A DNA stretch of 64,000 nucleotides, from positions 31,309,504-31,373,503 of the forward strand of contig OZ037765.1 of assembly GCA_964035545.1 (NCBI GenBank), given 5' to 3'. A model generated the notes under the pieces. The model ran no database searches. It was not told the origin of the DNA and worked only from the letters and a program-made list of their open reading frames with translations. This stretch comes from Bugula neritina (Eukaryota > Animalia > Bryozoa). Of the stretch, positions 50,477 through 64,000 are shown piece after piece (position 1 is the stretch's first letter; each line of letters begins with the position of its first letter). The position numbers and the translations under genes were made by a program.

Positions 50477-53400
50477 ATGGCGGCCCCTCGAACAGACCAG
50501 GGTAAGTTGTTTCTTTCCATAAACATTAATTTTATTGATTTAAACACTATGACCAGGTTTTAAGTTCATTGTCAATTTGTAGCTTTATCAATAAAATTGT
50601 TAACTGTGTTTTAATTTTGACTCTGATTAACTCCTACGTCCTAGTGTCAGCACGACTCGGTTTCACAACTGAACTCAAAGTGTAAAACTTAAACTAAAAC
50701 TAAAAGTAAATTAAAAATGAATCAAAATAAAAAGAAAGCAATATCATCAATCAACTATTAGTATCATAGTTATAGTGATGATAATTATTCTGTGCCTGTT
50801 GCCGTTGCATTAACATTAACAGCATGCGCTGAACTATAGAATCAGAATGACGTTTTTGATTTACCATTTAGTTTTAATGATTGGGGTTTTCAAATTCGTC
50901 ATTATCACTGTGACTGTCAGCTCTCTCAGTCTCTGACTCTTGCCAAAACGACGGTGAGAGACCGAATAAGCACATTATGATTATTCTCATCTCATCTCAT
51001 CTAATTAATCTCACTCGGAGCGCTTTATTCTAATAGTAATAATATTAATTACACAGTTTATTTTATTGTTGTATTAAGCCTAAAGAGAGAAATCGGTTTT
51101 AAAATTATTCCAAATGAAAATGACCAACTCAAACTGGCAACAGTAGTCAGTATTTTAATTTAATAACTTATTACACTCGTCCTCGAAGTCGATGTTATAA
51201 GATTATCATATTCTATACTTAACATAATCACAAAGTCAATGGTGACTAAGCTCTGTTTTAGTTAAAAAGTAAAACGTAATTTCAAATTCATTCTGAGACT
51301 GATAATTGTTATTGAAATTGATCGCTGAATTAGCCTTTAAATTTAATATTAGTGAATTCTCCATGAAATATATTAATAATAGCGATGACCATAGCTCTGA
51401 TTAGTCATGTTTAGTTGTTACTTTGAGTGGTCCTGAACAAAGTAATGGTTTTATATAATATTATTTGTTTGGACATGATAAAATATTAAATAATTATTGT
51501 GATAATAAATCATAGGCTATAACTATTACTATTATTGTTATCAGACTAAATTTTATTGTTGAAACTCAAAATAAATCAGGAGTTTGACCTTTTTCATATC
51601 ATTTGTCTTAGTCTAGCTGATGACATTTCCATTTCCTGAAGTAAAATCTTGAAACATCATGCTTGTTGTTCAGTATTTGTTTTCAGTTTTAATTTTTTAA
51701 AAGTTTTTACACCTCCAGCTGTTGTTGATTTATTTATATTGTATAGGTCATTGGTTTGTAACTTGAAGAGTTTTGATACTTTTTAAAAAAAATTAAAAAC
51801 AGCTTCAAGAACGTGGTTTTTATCGTTTATTATTGCTATGTCTGAACTGAACTTTATAGTCTGAAATAATATAAATTATCTTTTGCCTCGATTTATTTTA
51901 GATTTTGCTGCTGCCATAAAAGAGCTTCAAGCTGGTCGAAATATACACTCTGAAAACCAGCCTGATGAAAACAGAGCTAATAGAATTGGCCTTGGAGCGG
52001 AAGGTCACTTTGACACAGATATCTACTCTGAGAAGTTTAGTGGACAGTTTGTGGATTCTATAGCACCTAATGATGAGCAAGATGTAAGTACCCTTCTTGG
52101 TACAATTATCTGCCAGCTTCTGCTTCTGAGTTTTCATTACATCTACTAGTTTCTTACCACACAGTTGTGTTTTTGTAGGACGATGATGATATGGGACAAA
52201 TGCTTGGAAAGAAGCCATCATCTTATTCAGCTCCGTTAAATGTGCTGAATGACTTGGCTCAAGACAAGGTAAGTGTGCATGCGAAGCGACCAGTTATTAT
52301 ACCACATCAATTTTTCAGCTCTTTTCTCATCGTGGTATGCTGTGTCTGTTAAGCTTAAGTGCGGGTACTGATTTATAGTTGAAAACTGTTGATATGTATA
52401 GAGTTCATAATGATGTAGGACTATGACCCTTTTGCTGAACACAAGCCGAAGAAAGTTCGGGATAGAGACAATGACTATAAAGCGCAGAAAAGACCTGTTC
52501 GCATGATCTCTCCAGACCGACATGATCCATTTGCTGATGGTATGGTCATATGTCTCAGTATTTCTGTGCCAGGGACCCCAAGGAATAATTTTTGATATTT
52601 CAGTTATTTTTAATTATCAAGCACAGTATTAGTATTTTTCTGTTTTATTGTTTTGATATTCTGCGATTACTCAGTATATCAATACTTTGCTAATCTATCA
52701 TTGCGCTATGTTATCTAGCCAATTGTGGGGATATTTACCTCGGGAATAGAAAGTGGTTTCTTATACAAGAATAAGCTGCTCTTGCTCCAAGCACTGACTA
52801 TTGACCAGCGGGTACGCTCGGAAAATTGTGCATAATTTGCTTTTCTGAGTGAAACCCAATGTTCAAAGCAGATATACGTACTGCTAGGGAGTATCAGCTA
52901 CAGAATACAATATCTTACATTAGTTAGAGGGGTTTCCCTGGTACATATATAGCTCTCATTAGGCCTGAAAACAACTGTTTGATATTGAGTTATACTAATC
53001 TGCTCGTATGTTCTCTCATTCCACCTCAGGTATCCACTTATACCGCTCTATCTGCAGCGTCACCGCTGCCCAAATCACTACTATGTGGTTGCGAGTTTGG
53101 CTGGAGATGGACCCACCTTCTTGCTCTTCGTGTCTTCTATCTAAGCAACATAACACTATAAATATTTACCATCATATGCCCCTATTTGATTCTTGCACAT
53201 GTTTTTTAGTATGCAATCGGATACATTATCTTGAATCAGAATTCTTTACATTTTGTGATGGTAAAAATCGTCCATTCCTTGGACTGTAAAATGCATTTGT
53301 AACTTGTTGGACTGACTGCTTACCTGTAAACGGCTGTTGTGTATTGGGGAGGGGCGGGGGTCAAGTGTTACTATAGTATTTATGGAATACTTTTAGATAA

Positions 53401-56400
53401 GCAACGATGGTGATGTTTGAGTTAGTCACCTTAGTGGAGGCCTGGTGGCTAGCCACCCCATGGAGTATGGTTAGTAGATATTTACTGGCTGCAATCGCTC
53501 TGGTGATTGTATGCCGGTAAGATGTGAAAGACGTGCAGCATGAGACTTACTTTTGTTTTGACTATTGTGTACGGCTCTTTAACTTCAGGCAGCTTTTGAT
53601 AATTCTAGCTGCTTGGTTTATAGTGAAAAGCAGAATTAAGTCGTACACAATAGTCATTTCACACATGCTGAGTTTTTCCTTGTCAGGACTTGGGTTGATG
53701 CACGTCCTATGGGTTTGTTACAATGATGAACAACTCAGCTGTGATGGGATCCCCTTGTTTCACTGACAGTTTTTCTAGATTAAGACATTTTGTTTGAGAT
53801 GTCATCTAACGACATGTTTTGTTATGTATTTTCCAGGAGGTAAAACACCAGATGTGTCTAACAAGGCTAGAACTTACACATCCATCATGCAGGAGCAGGA
53901 ACTGCGCAGAGACCAGGTGAGCTCCTAGCGCCAGGTGTGGCACCTCCTGTTCATAATTCCCGTGCTTGTAAGCCCTTCACGTTTGGTTTCTTTGATTCTT
54001 TTGTTATTTCAGAGAGGAGTTGAAGACAAGATGCGGGAGAAGGCCAAGACGGGTGAGCTGAAAGCTAATGGCTCAGATGTGACGGTGCAGCAGAAGAAGA
54101 AAAGGCGGTGGGATCAGGCTGTAGAGGCCGATGCTAACAACCAGCCAACTCCCAAAAGAAGAATAGACGCCCCCGCCACACCATCACAGGCCAGCTGGGC
54201 CGAGACACCCGGTCGGATAGCCCCTGATGCCACCCCTGGATCCGCACAGACTCCTGGCACAGTTAGACACTGGGCTGAGACTCCTGTTCACGTGTCGGCC
54301 GGCAGCATGACTCCGGGACGTGAGCCAACGACTCCCGGACACAGTGGAGCCACGCCCAGTGGGAGACGTAACAGATGGGATGAGACACCAAGAGGCACAG
54401 GGGGTTAGTTGACAGTCTATTAGATGTTGGCATTATTTGATCAAGAGAGAACTTGTCATGTAGCTTCGTGATTCTCTGCCATTCAAATGGCTCACGGCTG
54501 TTCCTTAGATCTGTTTTCTGTCTATTTTTATTTTTTTTTTTCAATTTTCTCTCTTCAGTCAGTTTTAATTTGTGTTAATTTCTCATTGCCATGTCATGTG
54601 TTGCTCTTTGTTAATATACTAACTGAGTGATGCACTGCTTCTACAGAAACCCCCGCACACTCTGGGTGGGCTGAGACCCCTAAGGCTAACCGAGCAGGGG
54701 AGGATAAGATAGAGGATACTCCATCAGCCTCTGTGTCTAAGAGACGCTCCAGATGGGACGAGACTCCTGTAACAGCTGGAGCTATGACGCCCTCGATGAC
54801 CCCCGGGGCTCACACCCCTGGTGGTGGCACACCTGGCGGGTTCACTCCAGGGGGTGCGTTTACACCAGGGGGTGCTACACCCAGTGGCTTCACCCCGGGA
54901 GGGATAACTCCTAGTGGTGTGACTCCAATTGGAAATAAGGCTATGCAGATGGCTACTCCCTCTCCAGGTATGTGCCACTAGCGTTTAGTTGAAAGCCGTT
55001 TGCTTGCAGTTGACATTGACCTTCACTTAATAGACAGTGACTGTTGACCTTCACTTTTATTGTCTTCCAAGATCCATGCCTCACAGAATGTTAATTTCTA
55101 GGTCAACTTATGGCAATGACACCGGAGCAGATGCAGGCATTCAACTGGCAGAAGGAGATAGACATCAGGAACAGACCTCTCTCAGACGATGACCTGGACG
55201 CAATGTTCCCCGAGGGATACAAAGTACTGCAACCCCCTGCAGGCTACGTGCCCATACGTACGCCGGCTCGTAAACTCATGGCCACTCCAACACCTATGAT
55301 GGGCGGTACTCCAGGCTTCAAGATGCAAGGAACACCAGACCACCAGGCCAACAAGGATCTGGTGGTGGACATGCAGCCTAAAGGCAACCTCCCAACTCTC
55401 AAACCCGACGATATGCAGTACTTTGATAAGTTGCTGGTGAGTCACTCCTTCTGTAGTTATTCCATCTTTAACATGTATCTACTAGCATATATCTATTAGC
55501 ATGTATCTACTGGCATATATATATTAGCATGTGTCTACTAGCATATATCTACTAGCATAATTATATATACTGGCTTATATCTACTAGCATATATATACTA
55601 GCATATATATACTGGCATGTGTCTACTAGCATATATCTACTAGCATATATCTACTAGCATATATCTACTGGCATATATATATTAGCATGTGTCTACTAGC
55701 ATATATCTACTAGCATATATATACTGGCATATATCTACTACCATATATATACTAGCATATATATACTGGCATGTGTCTACTAGCATATATCTACTAGCAT
55801 ATATCTACTAGTGTATGACTGAATCTCTAGGTGGATGTGGACGAGGAATCGTTGACCCCAGAGGAGCAGAAGGACAGGAAGATTATGAAGTTTCTGCTAA
55901 AGATAAAGAACGGCACACCGCCCATGAGAAAGGCTGCCCTCCGTCAAATCACCGACAAGGCGAGAGAGCTGGGAGCTGGGCCCCTCTTCAACCAAATATT
56001 GCCCCTCCTCATGTCCCCTACTCTGGAGGACCAAGAGAGACATCTGCTCGTCAAGGTGTGTGGTGTAACACATTTGTCTTCATGATTTAACTAATCTACT
56101 TTTACTGCTGGACTCATCTTAACAATAGAGACTATTTATAGAGACAAGTTAGCAGTATCCCTGGTGATGCTTGATTAAAGCATTTCATGTTTCTGATCTG
56201 TTAATGTTCATTATTTTTGTATGACAGGTGATTGACAGAATCCTGTACAAACTGGATGATCTCGTTAGACCCTACGTTCACAAGATATTGGTGGTGATAG
56301 AGCCTTTACTCATTGATGAAGATTACTATGCTAGAGTGGAGGGTAGGGAGATTATCTCTAACTTGGCCAAGGTGAGTGCTATTTGTATTACAGATTTACT

Positions 56401-59400
56401 GAAACATCTGTAAGTTGAGAAATCATCAAGTAAAGTGGAATGTTCTGTCATTGTAATGTTTAAATTGACTTGCAGGCAGCTGGCCTGGCCACTATGATCT
56501 CTACAATGAGACCAGATATTGACAACATGGACGAGTACGTACGTAACACCACAGCCAGAGCGTTTGCCGTTGTAGCCTCAGCTCTAGGTATTCCTTCACT
56601 ACTGCCCTTCCTAAAGGCTGTGTGCCGCAGTAAGAAGTCGTGGCAGGCCAGGCACACAGGCATCAAGATTGTCCAGCAGATCAGCATATTGATGGGTTGT
56701 GCTGTGCTGCCACACCTCAAGAGTCTTGTGGAAATCATCCGTCATGGTATGTTGTATAAAGACACTTCCAGCCAATCATCAGCACTAATGTGCACTTTGG
56801 TATTTTATTTTTTTTGAAAGTGAGAAGAATGATTTTTATCATTTCTATAACCAGCTTAGCTGACTTTCTTTAAAGTAACATCAAGTTTTTAACTGTATTT
56901 GCTGAAAGTTTTATGTTTTGGTGTGCAGGTTTGCAGGATGAGCAGCAGAAAGTTCGTACTATCACAGCCTTGTCACTGGCAGCACTGGCAGAGGCAGCTA
57001 CGCCGTACGGTATTGAGTCGTTTGATACGGTTCTCAAACCTCTGTGGAAGGGTATTCGTCAGTTCAGAGGAAAGGGTCTAGCCGCCTTCCTCAAAGCTAT
57101 TGGCTATCTCATCCCACTGATGGACGCCGAGTACGCCAACTACTACACCAGAGAAGTCATGTTGATCCTGATACGAGAGTTCCAGTCTCCCGATGAGGAG
57201 ATGAAGAAGATCGTGCTGAAGGTGGTGAAGCAGTGCTGTGCCACTGATGGTGTGGAACCTCAGTACATCAAAGATGAAATCCTGCCGCCTTTCTTTAAGC
57301 ATTTCTGGAACCAGAGGATGGCCCTTGATAGACGTAACTACAGACAGGTGGGTCTACCCAACATGTCTGATTTCTTCTAGATGCTATTGAGGATAATTAC
57401 AAGAATGCATTATTCTAACATGTTCTTCTAGTGTGCTAAATATTTTATTTTTTCATATCATAGAAAGAAAACATGTTTATACTTATTTGTTAGGGTGTGT
57501 AGATTGCTAGTCTCACCCTTGACTTTGTTGTCTGTCTGTATTGCTTAACTGTAATGCCTGCTGAGCCCTCTGTTCACCTGTTTGCAGCTGGTTGACACCA
57601 CCGTGGAGATCGCCAACAAGGTGGGTGCAGCTGAGATCATCAACAGAGTCGTAGACGACCTGAAAGACGAAAGCGAGCAGTACAGGAAGATGGTGATGGA
57701 GACTATAGAGAAGGTGATGGCCAACCTGGGGGCTTCAGATATCGACTCGAGACTCGAAGAGCAGCTTATTGACGGCATTCTCTACGCCTTCCAGGAGCAG
57801 ACAACTGAGGTAAATGACTTCCACAAGTTATTCACATGTGTCTAATTATGTTTAAAAACCACTCTGTTCCCTTGCTTTGAATTGCTCAGTGCAGGATGCT
57901 AATATGGATAGATTTGTAGTTGTGTTAACCTATGGTTGTGGTTTCATTCAATTGACGCGGTCCCCATGCATCGAATGAAAAATCTATTCCCATAATGCAA
58001 AGCATGGGGACGTAGTGCATGAGACCAGCTGGTGGTTTTGTTTGCTGTTGACTCTTCTGTAAAACATAGAGTTTTTTGTTTATAACTCTTCGGAATAAAA
58101 TTTCAGGATGTGGTAATGTTGAATGGGTTTGGAGTTGTGGTAAACTCCCTGGCCAAGAGGTGTAAGCCCTACCTCCCGCAGATATGCGGTACGATTCTGT
58201 GGCGTCTCAACAACAAGTCAGCTAAAGTGCGTCAGCAGGCAGCCGATCTGATCTCGCGTATTGCAGTTGTGATGAAGACTTGCCAGGAGGTATGCTTCAC
58301 TTCCTGTATTTATATATCTTTATTATTGTTTCGTGTCTGCTGTAGCAGCACTCTATTATTTCTATTGACTATGGAGAAGTGTATACACAGTAATTATTAC
58401 ATTTTCTGCTCTGTGAACTATACTTTTTAATAGAATTCAAACTTCCCCCTGCAGTGTACTAATGTGTATATACGTCGCAGAGCAATGATGTGTATATACT
58501 GTACTACACATTACAATGTATGATGCATACTATACAGTGCACTGTGTAGTATATACAGCTGATGGGTGTATACTTCCCACACAGTGTACTCTGTGTATAT
58601 ACCACACATGTGTTTATACTAATGTGGTGTTACAGGAGAAGCTAATGGGTCACCTGGGTGTTGTACTGTACGAGTATCTTGGGGAAGAGTATCCAGAAGT
58701 TCTGGGCAGTATTCTCGGAGCCCTCAAGGGCATCGTCAATGTCATCGGCATGACCAAGATGACTCCGCCCATAAAAGATCTCCTGCCAAGGCTGACACCC
58801 ATTCTAAAAAACAGGTACTGGGGCTAGCATTACTAATATTTACCTGTTTCAGTTCCAAAGCTGTTATCTGATTGTTTATGGTTTGTGAAGTTGTGTCCTC
58901 CATGCCTGCACCGGTAAAATGTTTGTGTTTGTAGACACGAGAAGGTGCAGGAGAACTGTATAGATCTGGTGGGCAGAATCGCCGACAGAGGCTCTGAGTT
59001 TGTACCTGCCAGAGAGTGGATGAGAATCTGCTTTGAGCTCCTGGAGTTGCTAAAAGCCCACAAGAAGGCCATCCGAAGAGCCGCTGTTAACACCTTTGGT
59101 TATATCGCCAAGGCTATTGGGTATGTAAACTACGAGTATGGAGCTATAGTACTGTGGTAGTCTAAGTAGGACTTAATTGCTTTTTGTATAATACTTATGG
59201 TTTGAAAAACTAAAAGTATTTGTTCTCATGTGAAAAATTCCAATTTGGATTTTTGTCAACAAAATATGTAAGAATTACCTGTCTTCTCTCACTGAGAGAA
59301 AGCTGTCACATGTCGCTCACTGTATGGGAATTAATAATTTCTGGTTTTTATTCCAGTCCTCATGACGTGTTGGCAACGCTGCTGAACAACTTGAAGGTGC

Positions 59401-60659
59401 AGGAGAGACAGAACAGAGTGTGCACCACCGTGGCTATTGCTATAGTTGCTGAAACCTGCTCCCCCTTCACCGTCCTACCTGGTCTAATGAACGAGTACAG
59501 AGTTCCCGAACTGAATGTACAGAATGGTGTCCTCAAGTCCCTGAGCTTCATGTTTGAGTATATCGGAGAGATGGGTAAAGACTATATCTATGCTGTAACA
59601 GGACTGCTGGAAGATGCCCTCATGGACAGGTATGCTATGTCAACAAGTATAGGAATGGCTACTTATGTTGAAGAATATATAATGTAGTTGCTCTAGTTGC
59701 CTTAGTTAATTATTTTTAGCTCGTTTAGAATATACAAGTTGTGATAAACTCCTCTTGCAGCCTTGTGCTGTAGTTGAAGTATATTTTACCTTCTAATATC
59801 ACTAAAGCTTTACATCTCATCCATTTGTAGGGATCTGGTTCACAGACAGACTGCTATGTACACAATTCAGCACCTTGCACTCGGTGTTTACGGGTTCGAC
59901 TGCGAAGACGCGTTGAACCATCTTCTCAACTATGTGTGGCCCAATGTTTTTGAGACTTCCCCTCACGTTGTGCAGGCCTTCATGGGTGCAATAGAGGGGA
60001 TGAGGCTTGGTCTCGGCTCAACTAGAGTCTTACAGTATGCCCTACAAGTATGTACTGCTAAATATTCTTCTAGAGCTTTTTATGTTTACAACTTGTGCTA
60101 TAGGACAGTGTTTCAGTGTAACACTTGCTCCCATATAGAATGGCATGCTCTTCTAGTAGGATTTCGTCAACTTAATCAAGTTGAATTTCCTCTTTTTTAC
60201 GTACTTGCGTTATTCTATTTATGTGTGTATGTATAATATGGACATATTAATTTGAACAAAACTTTCAAATTCTAGAAGCTGTAAGATAGGGGGATAATCT
60301 ATATACTAAAAGTTTTTTCACAACATATTGAGTAACTGGAAAGTAAGATAGGCCCATAAAATGTCTGTTTGGCAGTTGTCATGATAATTTCAAACTTACG
60401 TTTTTGAGAGTATACTTAACCTGGGCAGAGCTAGTGGATTTTCACTGTGTACAACTATTTGCTATGTTTTTGGCTATAAGATCATGTAATTATTTTGCAG
60501 GGTCTATTCCATCCAGCTAGAAAAGTAAGAGATGTATATTGGAAAGTGTACAATACGATATATATTGGAGCTGAGCATGCCATGGTACCAGCTTATCCCA
60601 GGATGGAAAATGATGATCGAAACACCTACATGCGATATGAACTTGATTATGTGTTATGA
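50477..60659 (+). CDS. SF3B1: Splicing factor 3B subunit 1 (SF3b155), ~20 exons
   Basis: RWDETP/WAETP ULM and TP-rich N-terminus, [21 protein letters not shown], near-invariant HEAT repeats ([31 protein letters not shown]) and C-terminal RYELDYVL. First exon 50477-50501, with a YY1-like AACATGGCGG over the ATG. Confidence 0.98.
52540..53836 (+). other. SF3B1 intron 4 with candidate cryptic/decoy exons (acceptors at 53029, 53434, 53686)
   Basis: The intron interrupts DPFADG|GKTP. It has internal branch-point/polypyrimidine/AG signals and clustered donors (53261, 53470, 53503, 53517). Confidence 0.65.
55480..55811. repeat. 14-bp minisatellite (TAGCATATATCTAC) x~23 in an SF3B1 intron
   Basis: Direct tandem array visible in the sequence. 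Confidence 0.95.
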
Positions 60660-60875
60660 GCACTACATTCTAAAACTAATTTTATATTGTAATATGACAT
60701 CTCCTATTATCTTGTGGTTACAAAAACTTTTATTTGATAGCTGAATTTACTCTAGTACAAAATCACCAAATTGTTCTTATAAATTCCTATAAAAACAACT
60801 ACTTGTATATATAATATTATAGTATGTTCACAATAAAGTAATATTTATGTAAATATAGAACATCCTCAGTTTGTG

Positions 60876-63800
60876 CTAACTGTAAGAATTAGCTCTGTGT
60901 TTGGGAATGAAGAAGAACCCATCTGGTACAGGACCCAGTAACATCTCACTGTAAATATACAAACATTCTAACCAAATACAAGTTTGTTTACAAAAATGAC
61001 ATATAATGCCGTAACTCGCCATTAACTTCACTACACATGTATTCTATCTGCAGTTTTAAACAAGATTAGCTTTTGGTTCACAAAAACATACGTTGCTTAC
61101 TCTAACTTCTTAATTCCACAAATAAACCATATAATATGGTTATATTATAATATATACCTTTTAAATATTAAACTCATTTAAGTGGTCATTTATACAATAA
61201 GAGGTTATTAGCCTATACAGTCTACACTAATTTCAAATTCATTTGGATCTCAAGTTGAACAATAACAGTTTTTATTAACGGAAATCACTTACCAACAGGA
61301 TATAATGACACAAGGTAAATAAATACCAACTCAAAAAGAAAGTAAATGGCAATGCACTAATAGACACATTAGCCCATATCACAATATTAATTGAATCTCC
61401 TAAACCCAAGAGTTTAGTACTGACCTAATTTTTACCCAATCAGCTGAGTTAGGACTGGCCATTAGTGTCTCTAGATCGTTTCTTCCAAAATAGGGGCTTG
61501 GTCGTTCGTTAATTTTCTGAGGAATTCTCTCTAGCAGTCCTATTGGAATGTATCTACAGGAGACATTGGAAATAAAAAGTTGTTCAATTTAGTTGAAAAT
61601 CACAGACAGCTTCAGTGAGACAATCAGTGATAATCAAAAAAGATTATTTCCAATAGTTTTCCAGTAGAAGGTTCAAATATAACCAGTGACAAGGTACCAA
61701 GATTGATATACCTAATCATAACCAAGGAATACCTGCATAGAATCATACAATAAATCATCACTCAACCTGTGCAGAAAAGATATCCACTCTAGCATGAACC
61801 TCCTAGTTGTCTCCACCCCTTGTGTATCTGATCCCCAGTGTTCCAGTCCATAGTTACTGAAGTCTCGTAAAATATCCAGCCGTTCAGAAGATGATATGTC
61901 CCAGTGTCGCTGCTCCTTTATCTCAGTGAACAGCCAAGGCTTGATTAGTGCGCCTCTAAAACCAGCAAGTCACCTGACATAAAACACGATGTGCTGAGTA
62001 GATTGTATTCTGTGTTAAAAAAGATCAAAATACAGTTGATCTGCTATAACCGGAATTTAGGTACAGTAGTGAAGAAATTTTAAGAGCCAAAGCTTTTTAA
62101 TTTCTTAATAAAGTTTGATTTGGGTTGAGGGTTGAAATTCCTCACGAGAACATAACTTCTTTTGCTACAGTTTTAATCTAGAACACACTTTTGTCAATTT
62201 CTTCATTACTGCACCTACTTTTAATTTCATGACTGCATTGATTGCAGTTTGATAATAACTCTATGATTCAAACTAATTCAAAATGATTTCAATTCATTTC
62301 TTAACTCCGAATACTTCAATCACAACAAATTTTTTCCACTCGGTCACTAAATAACACTTGATCATTCAAATGTAAATATTATCTAAAGACAACATTTTAA
62401 CTAAGAAGAGTAAAGGAGAATAAAGCAACCTGGCAATCATGGTGCCAGACACGCTGGTCTTCATTGCTGTGTTATAGTCTTCAAAGGACAGGATATCTCC
62501 TCCCCCATACAGGGGCATAGGAGAAGACAACTTCGCACACTCATCTATGTAACTCCAGTCAGCACACTTTGTGTATCGTTGCTCTCTCGATCTACCATGT
62601 AGCTGTAAGCATTCAATAGACAACCATTACTATGGAACTTCATCACATGACATGAAGTCATACTAAACTATTAAAACTTCATTCATTGATAGGATTTCAT
62701 TTAAACCAACATGCATTTGACAAATGTACAAAAATAGATGAATGTAAAAACCATCAATATTTATATAAAATTGCATGCTACTAGTTCACTAGTACTAAAG
62801 ACCATTTTTTAGTCCAATACACAACTAATATGTTTCAATTCAACAATAATGAAGTTTACACCCTGTGACTTGCACACTTTGAATTTCATGTAAAATTTTC
62901 CTTTAACCCACCAACAACCAATACTGCTAGCATATACCTCAGTGCCAAATCCAGTGTGTTCAAAGTTGGGCATACATTATAAGACCAAATGTTAAAGATT
63001 TTAATCCTTGTATCTATTGCAACATACACACAAATGTGTATAAAACATACACTATAGCTACATGGTAAGTATGCATATAGCTACATGGTAACTTACAGTG
63101 GTGAGGGCAAGGTCCCAGGTTTTCATTTTGGTTACCAGGCTATGTGCAGTGCTTTTGTTTTCAGATATACCAGTGCGGATCTTTGCAGTAATTGGTATAT
63201 TCGACACATTTACCATCGCACGCACTATCTCATGGAACCTGTTCACTCGCCTCATTAATGCTGATCCTGAACCCTAGATAGTCGAGAGTCAAGATTGCAT
63301 ACAAATTTAATTGGTAATAACTTTTACTAACAAGTATTAAATAAGTATACAAAACATAAAAAAGACTATTTTAACTGATGATTAACTCATCACATTAGAA
63401 GAGAAATTCTGTAGTAAATAATAAGGAGGTCACGAACGTGCATATTGAAAACGTGAACGTGTAGTTGTCTCCCCCAGCCATATTGAGCATAAGTAAAAGA
63501 TGTCCACTAAATCGTATGACTGAAAGTTACGTAATTGTAGGAAGTTGTGGGTTGAACAAACCTGATCAAAAATCAGATCAATCGGACATCCTACATTAAT
63601 GTCTATAAAGTCCAGTTCACAAGTCTCTGTGAGGAGTTGTGTGCACTTTGACATAGAGTCGGCGAATGCCCCACACAGTTGAACACCAAAGACATCTTCT
63701 GAAGAATGACGCTTTACAAGAGCCCACTCTGATGAGACTCCCTGGAGAAGCTTTGTAGCTACCGCCATTTCTCCGCAAGTTATGTCAGCACCATATGTCT

Positions 63801-64000
63801 TGCATACACGACGAAAGGGGAGATTTCCAACCTGGTGAGACATATGCACAGCTTCACAGAATACTAGATAACTTAGAAGATGCACGATAATATGCAGTAC
63901 ATAGAACAGAATTAATGTAACCACTTACGGTAGTTAAGGGAGCAAGGTAGAGTTTGTTGTCAAAGTTGATGGTCTTTTTCTCACCAGGCTTAATAGTAAA
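60876..64000 (-). CDS. DUS3L: tRNA-dihydrouridine(47) synthase DUS3-like, 3' part (5' end beyond the window)
   Basis: [77 protein letters not shown] and C-terminal [22 protein letters not shown]. Stop at 60876-60878. Confidence 0.95.

Noticed and set aside
53723-53766. Possible C/D-box snoRNA (ATGATGA...CTGA) in SF3B1 intron 4
   Set aside because: Only 44 nt box-to-box, a weak terminal stem and no recognisable rRNA/snRNA guide. It is better explained as part of cryptic exon C, though a snoscan/Rfam check would be cheap.
57960-58011. 10-bp inverted repeat GTCCCCATGC/GCATGGGGAC in an SF3B1 intron
   Set aside because: It is single-copy in the window and short, with no target-site duplication evident; insufficient to call a MITE or structured RNA.
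56480-59620. Natural SF3B1 cancer-hotspot or pladienolide-resistance substitutions
   Set aside because: Residues equivalent to R625, H662, K666, K700, G742, K1071, R1074 and V1078 read as wild type in the translated exons.

Overview
AT-rich, intron-rich animal genomic DNA. It is an invertebrate, probably a lophotrochozoan, but the species cannot be determined from sequence alone. The window is a compact housekeeping-gene neighbourhood. In order: the 5' end of an unidentified secreted-protein gene (-), TTF2/lodestar (+), GABPA (-), ATP5PF/ATP5J (+), BTAF1/Mot1 (-), an Egalitarian-related gene lacking the exonuclease domain (+), SF3B1 (+) and the 3' part of DUS3L (-). There are also four tRNA-derived SINE-like copies, many intronic minisatellites and a ~0.5 kb fold-back palindrome. 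The most notable observations are: (1) SF3B1 intron 4 carries a set of cryptic/decoy-like exons at the same intron where mammals have them; (2) GABPA and ATP5PF are head-to-head with ETS sites, as in mammals; (3) the Egalitarian-like protein has three winged-helix domains, a cold-shock/OB-like domain and an LC8-binding tail; (4) BTAF1 has a U12-type intron; (5) all three convergent gene pairs have crossing poly(A) signals; (6) degenerate, palindrome-rich low-complexity tracts flank most inferred promoters. Gene models were read by eye from splice signals and recalled homologue sequences; no searches were run.
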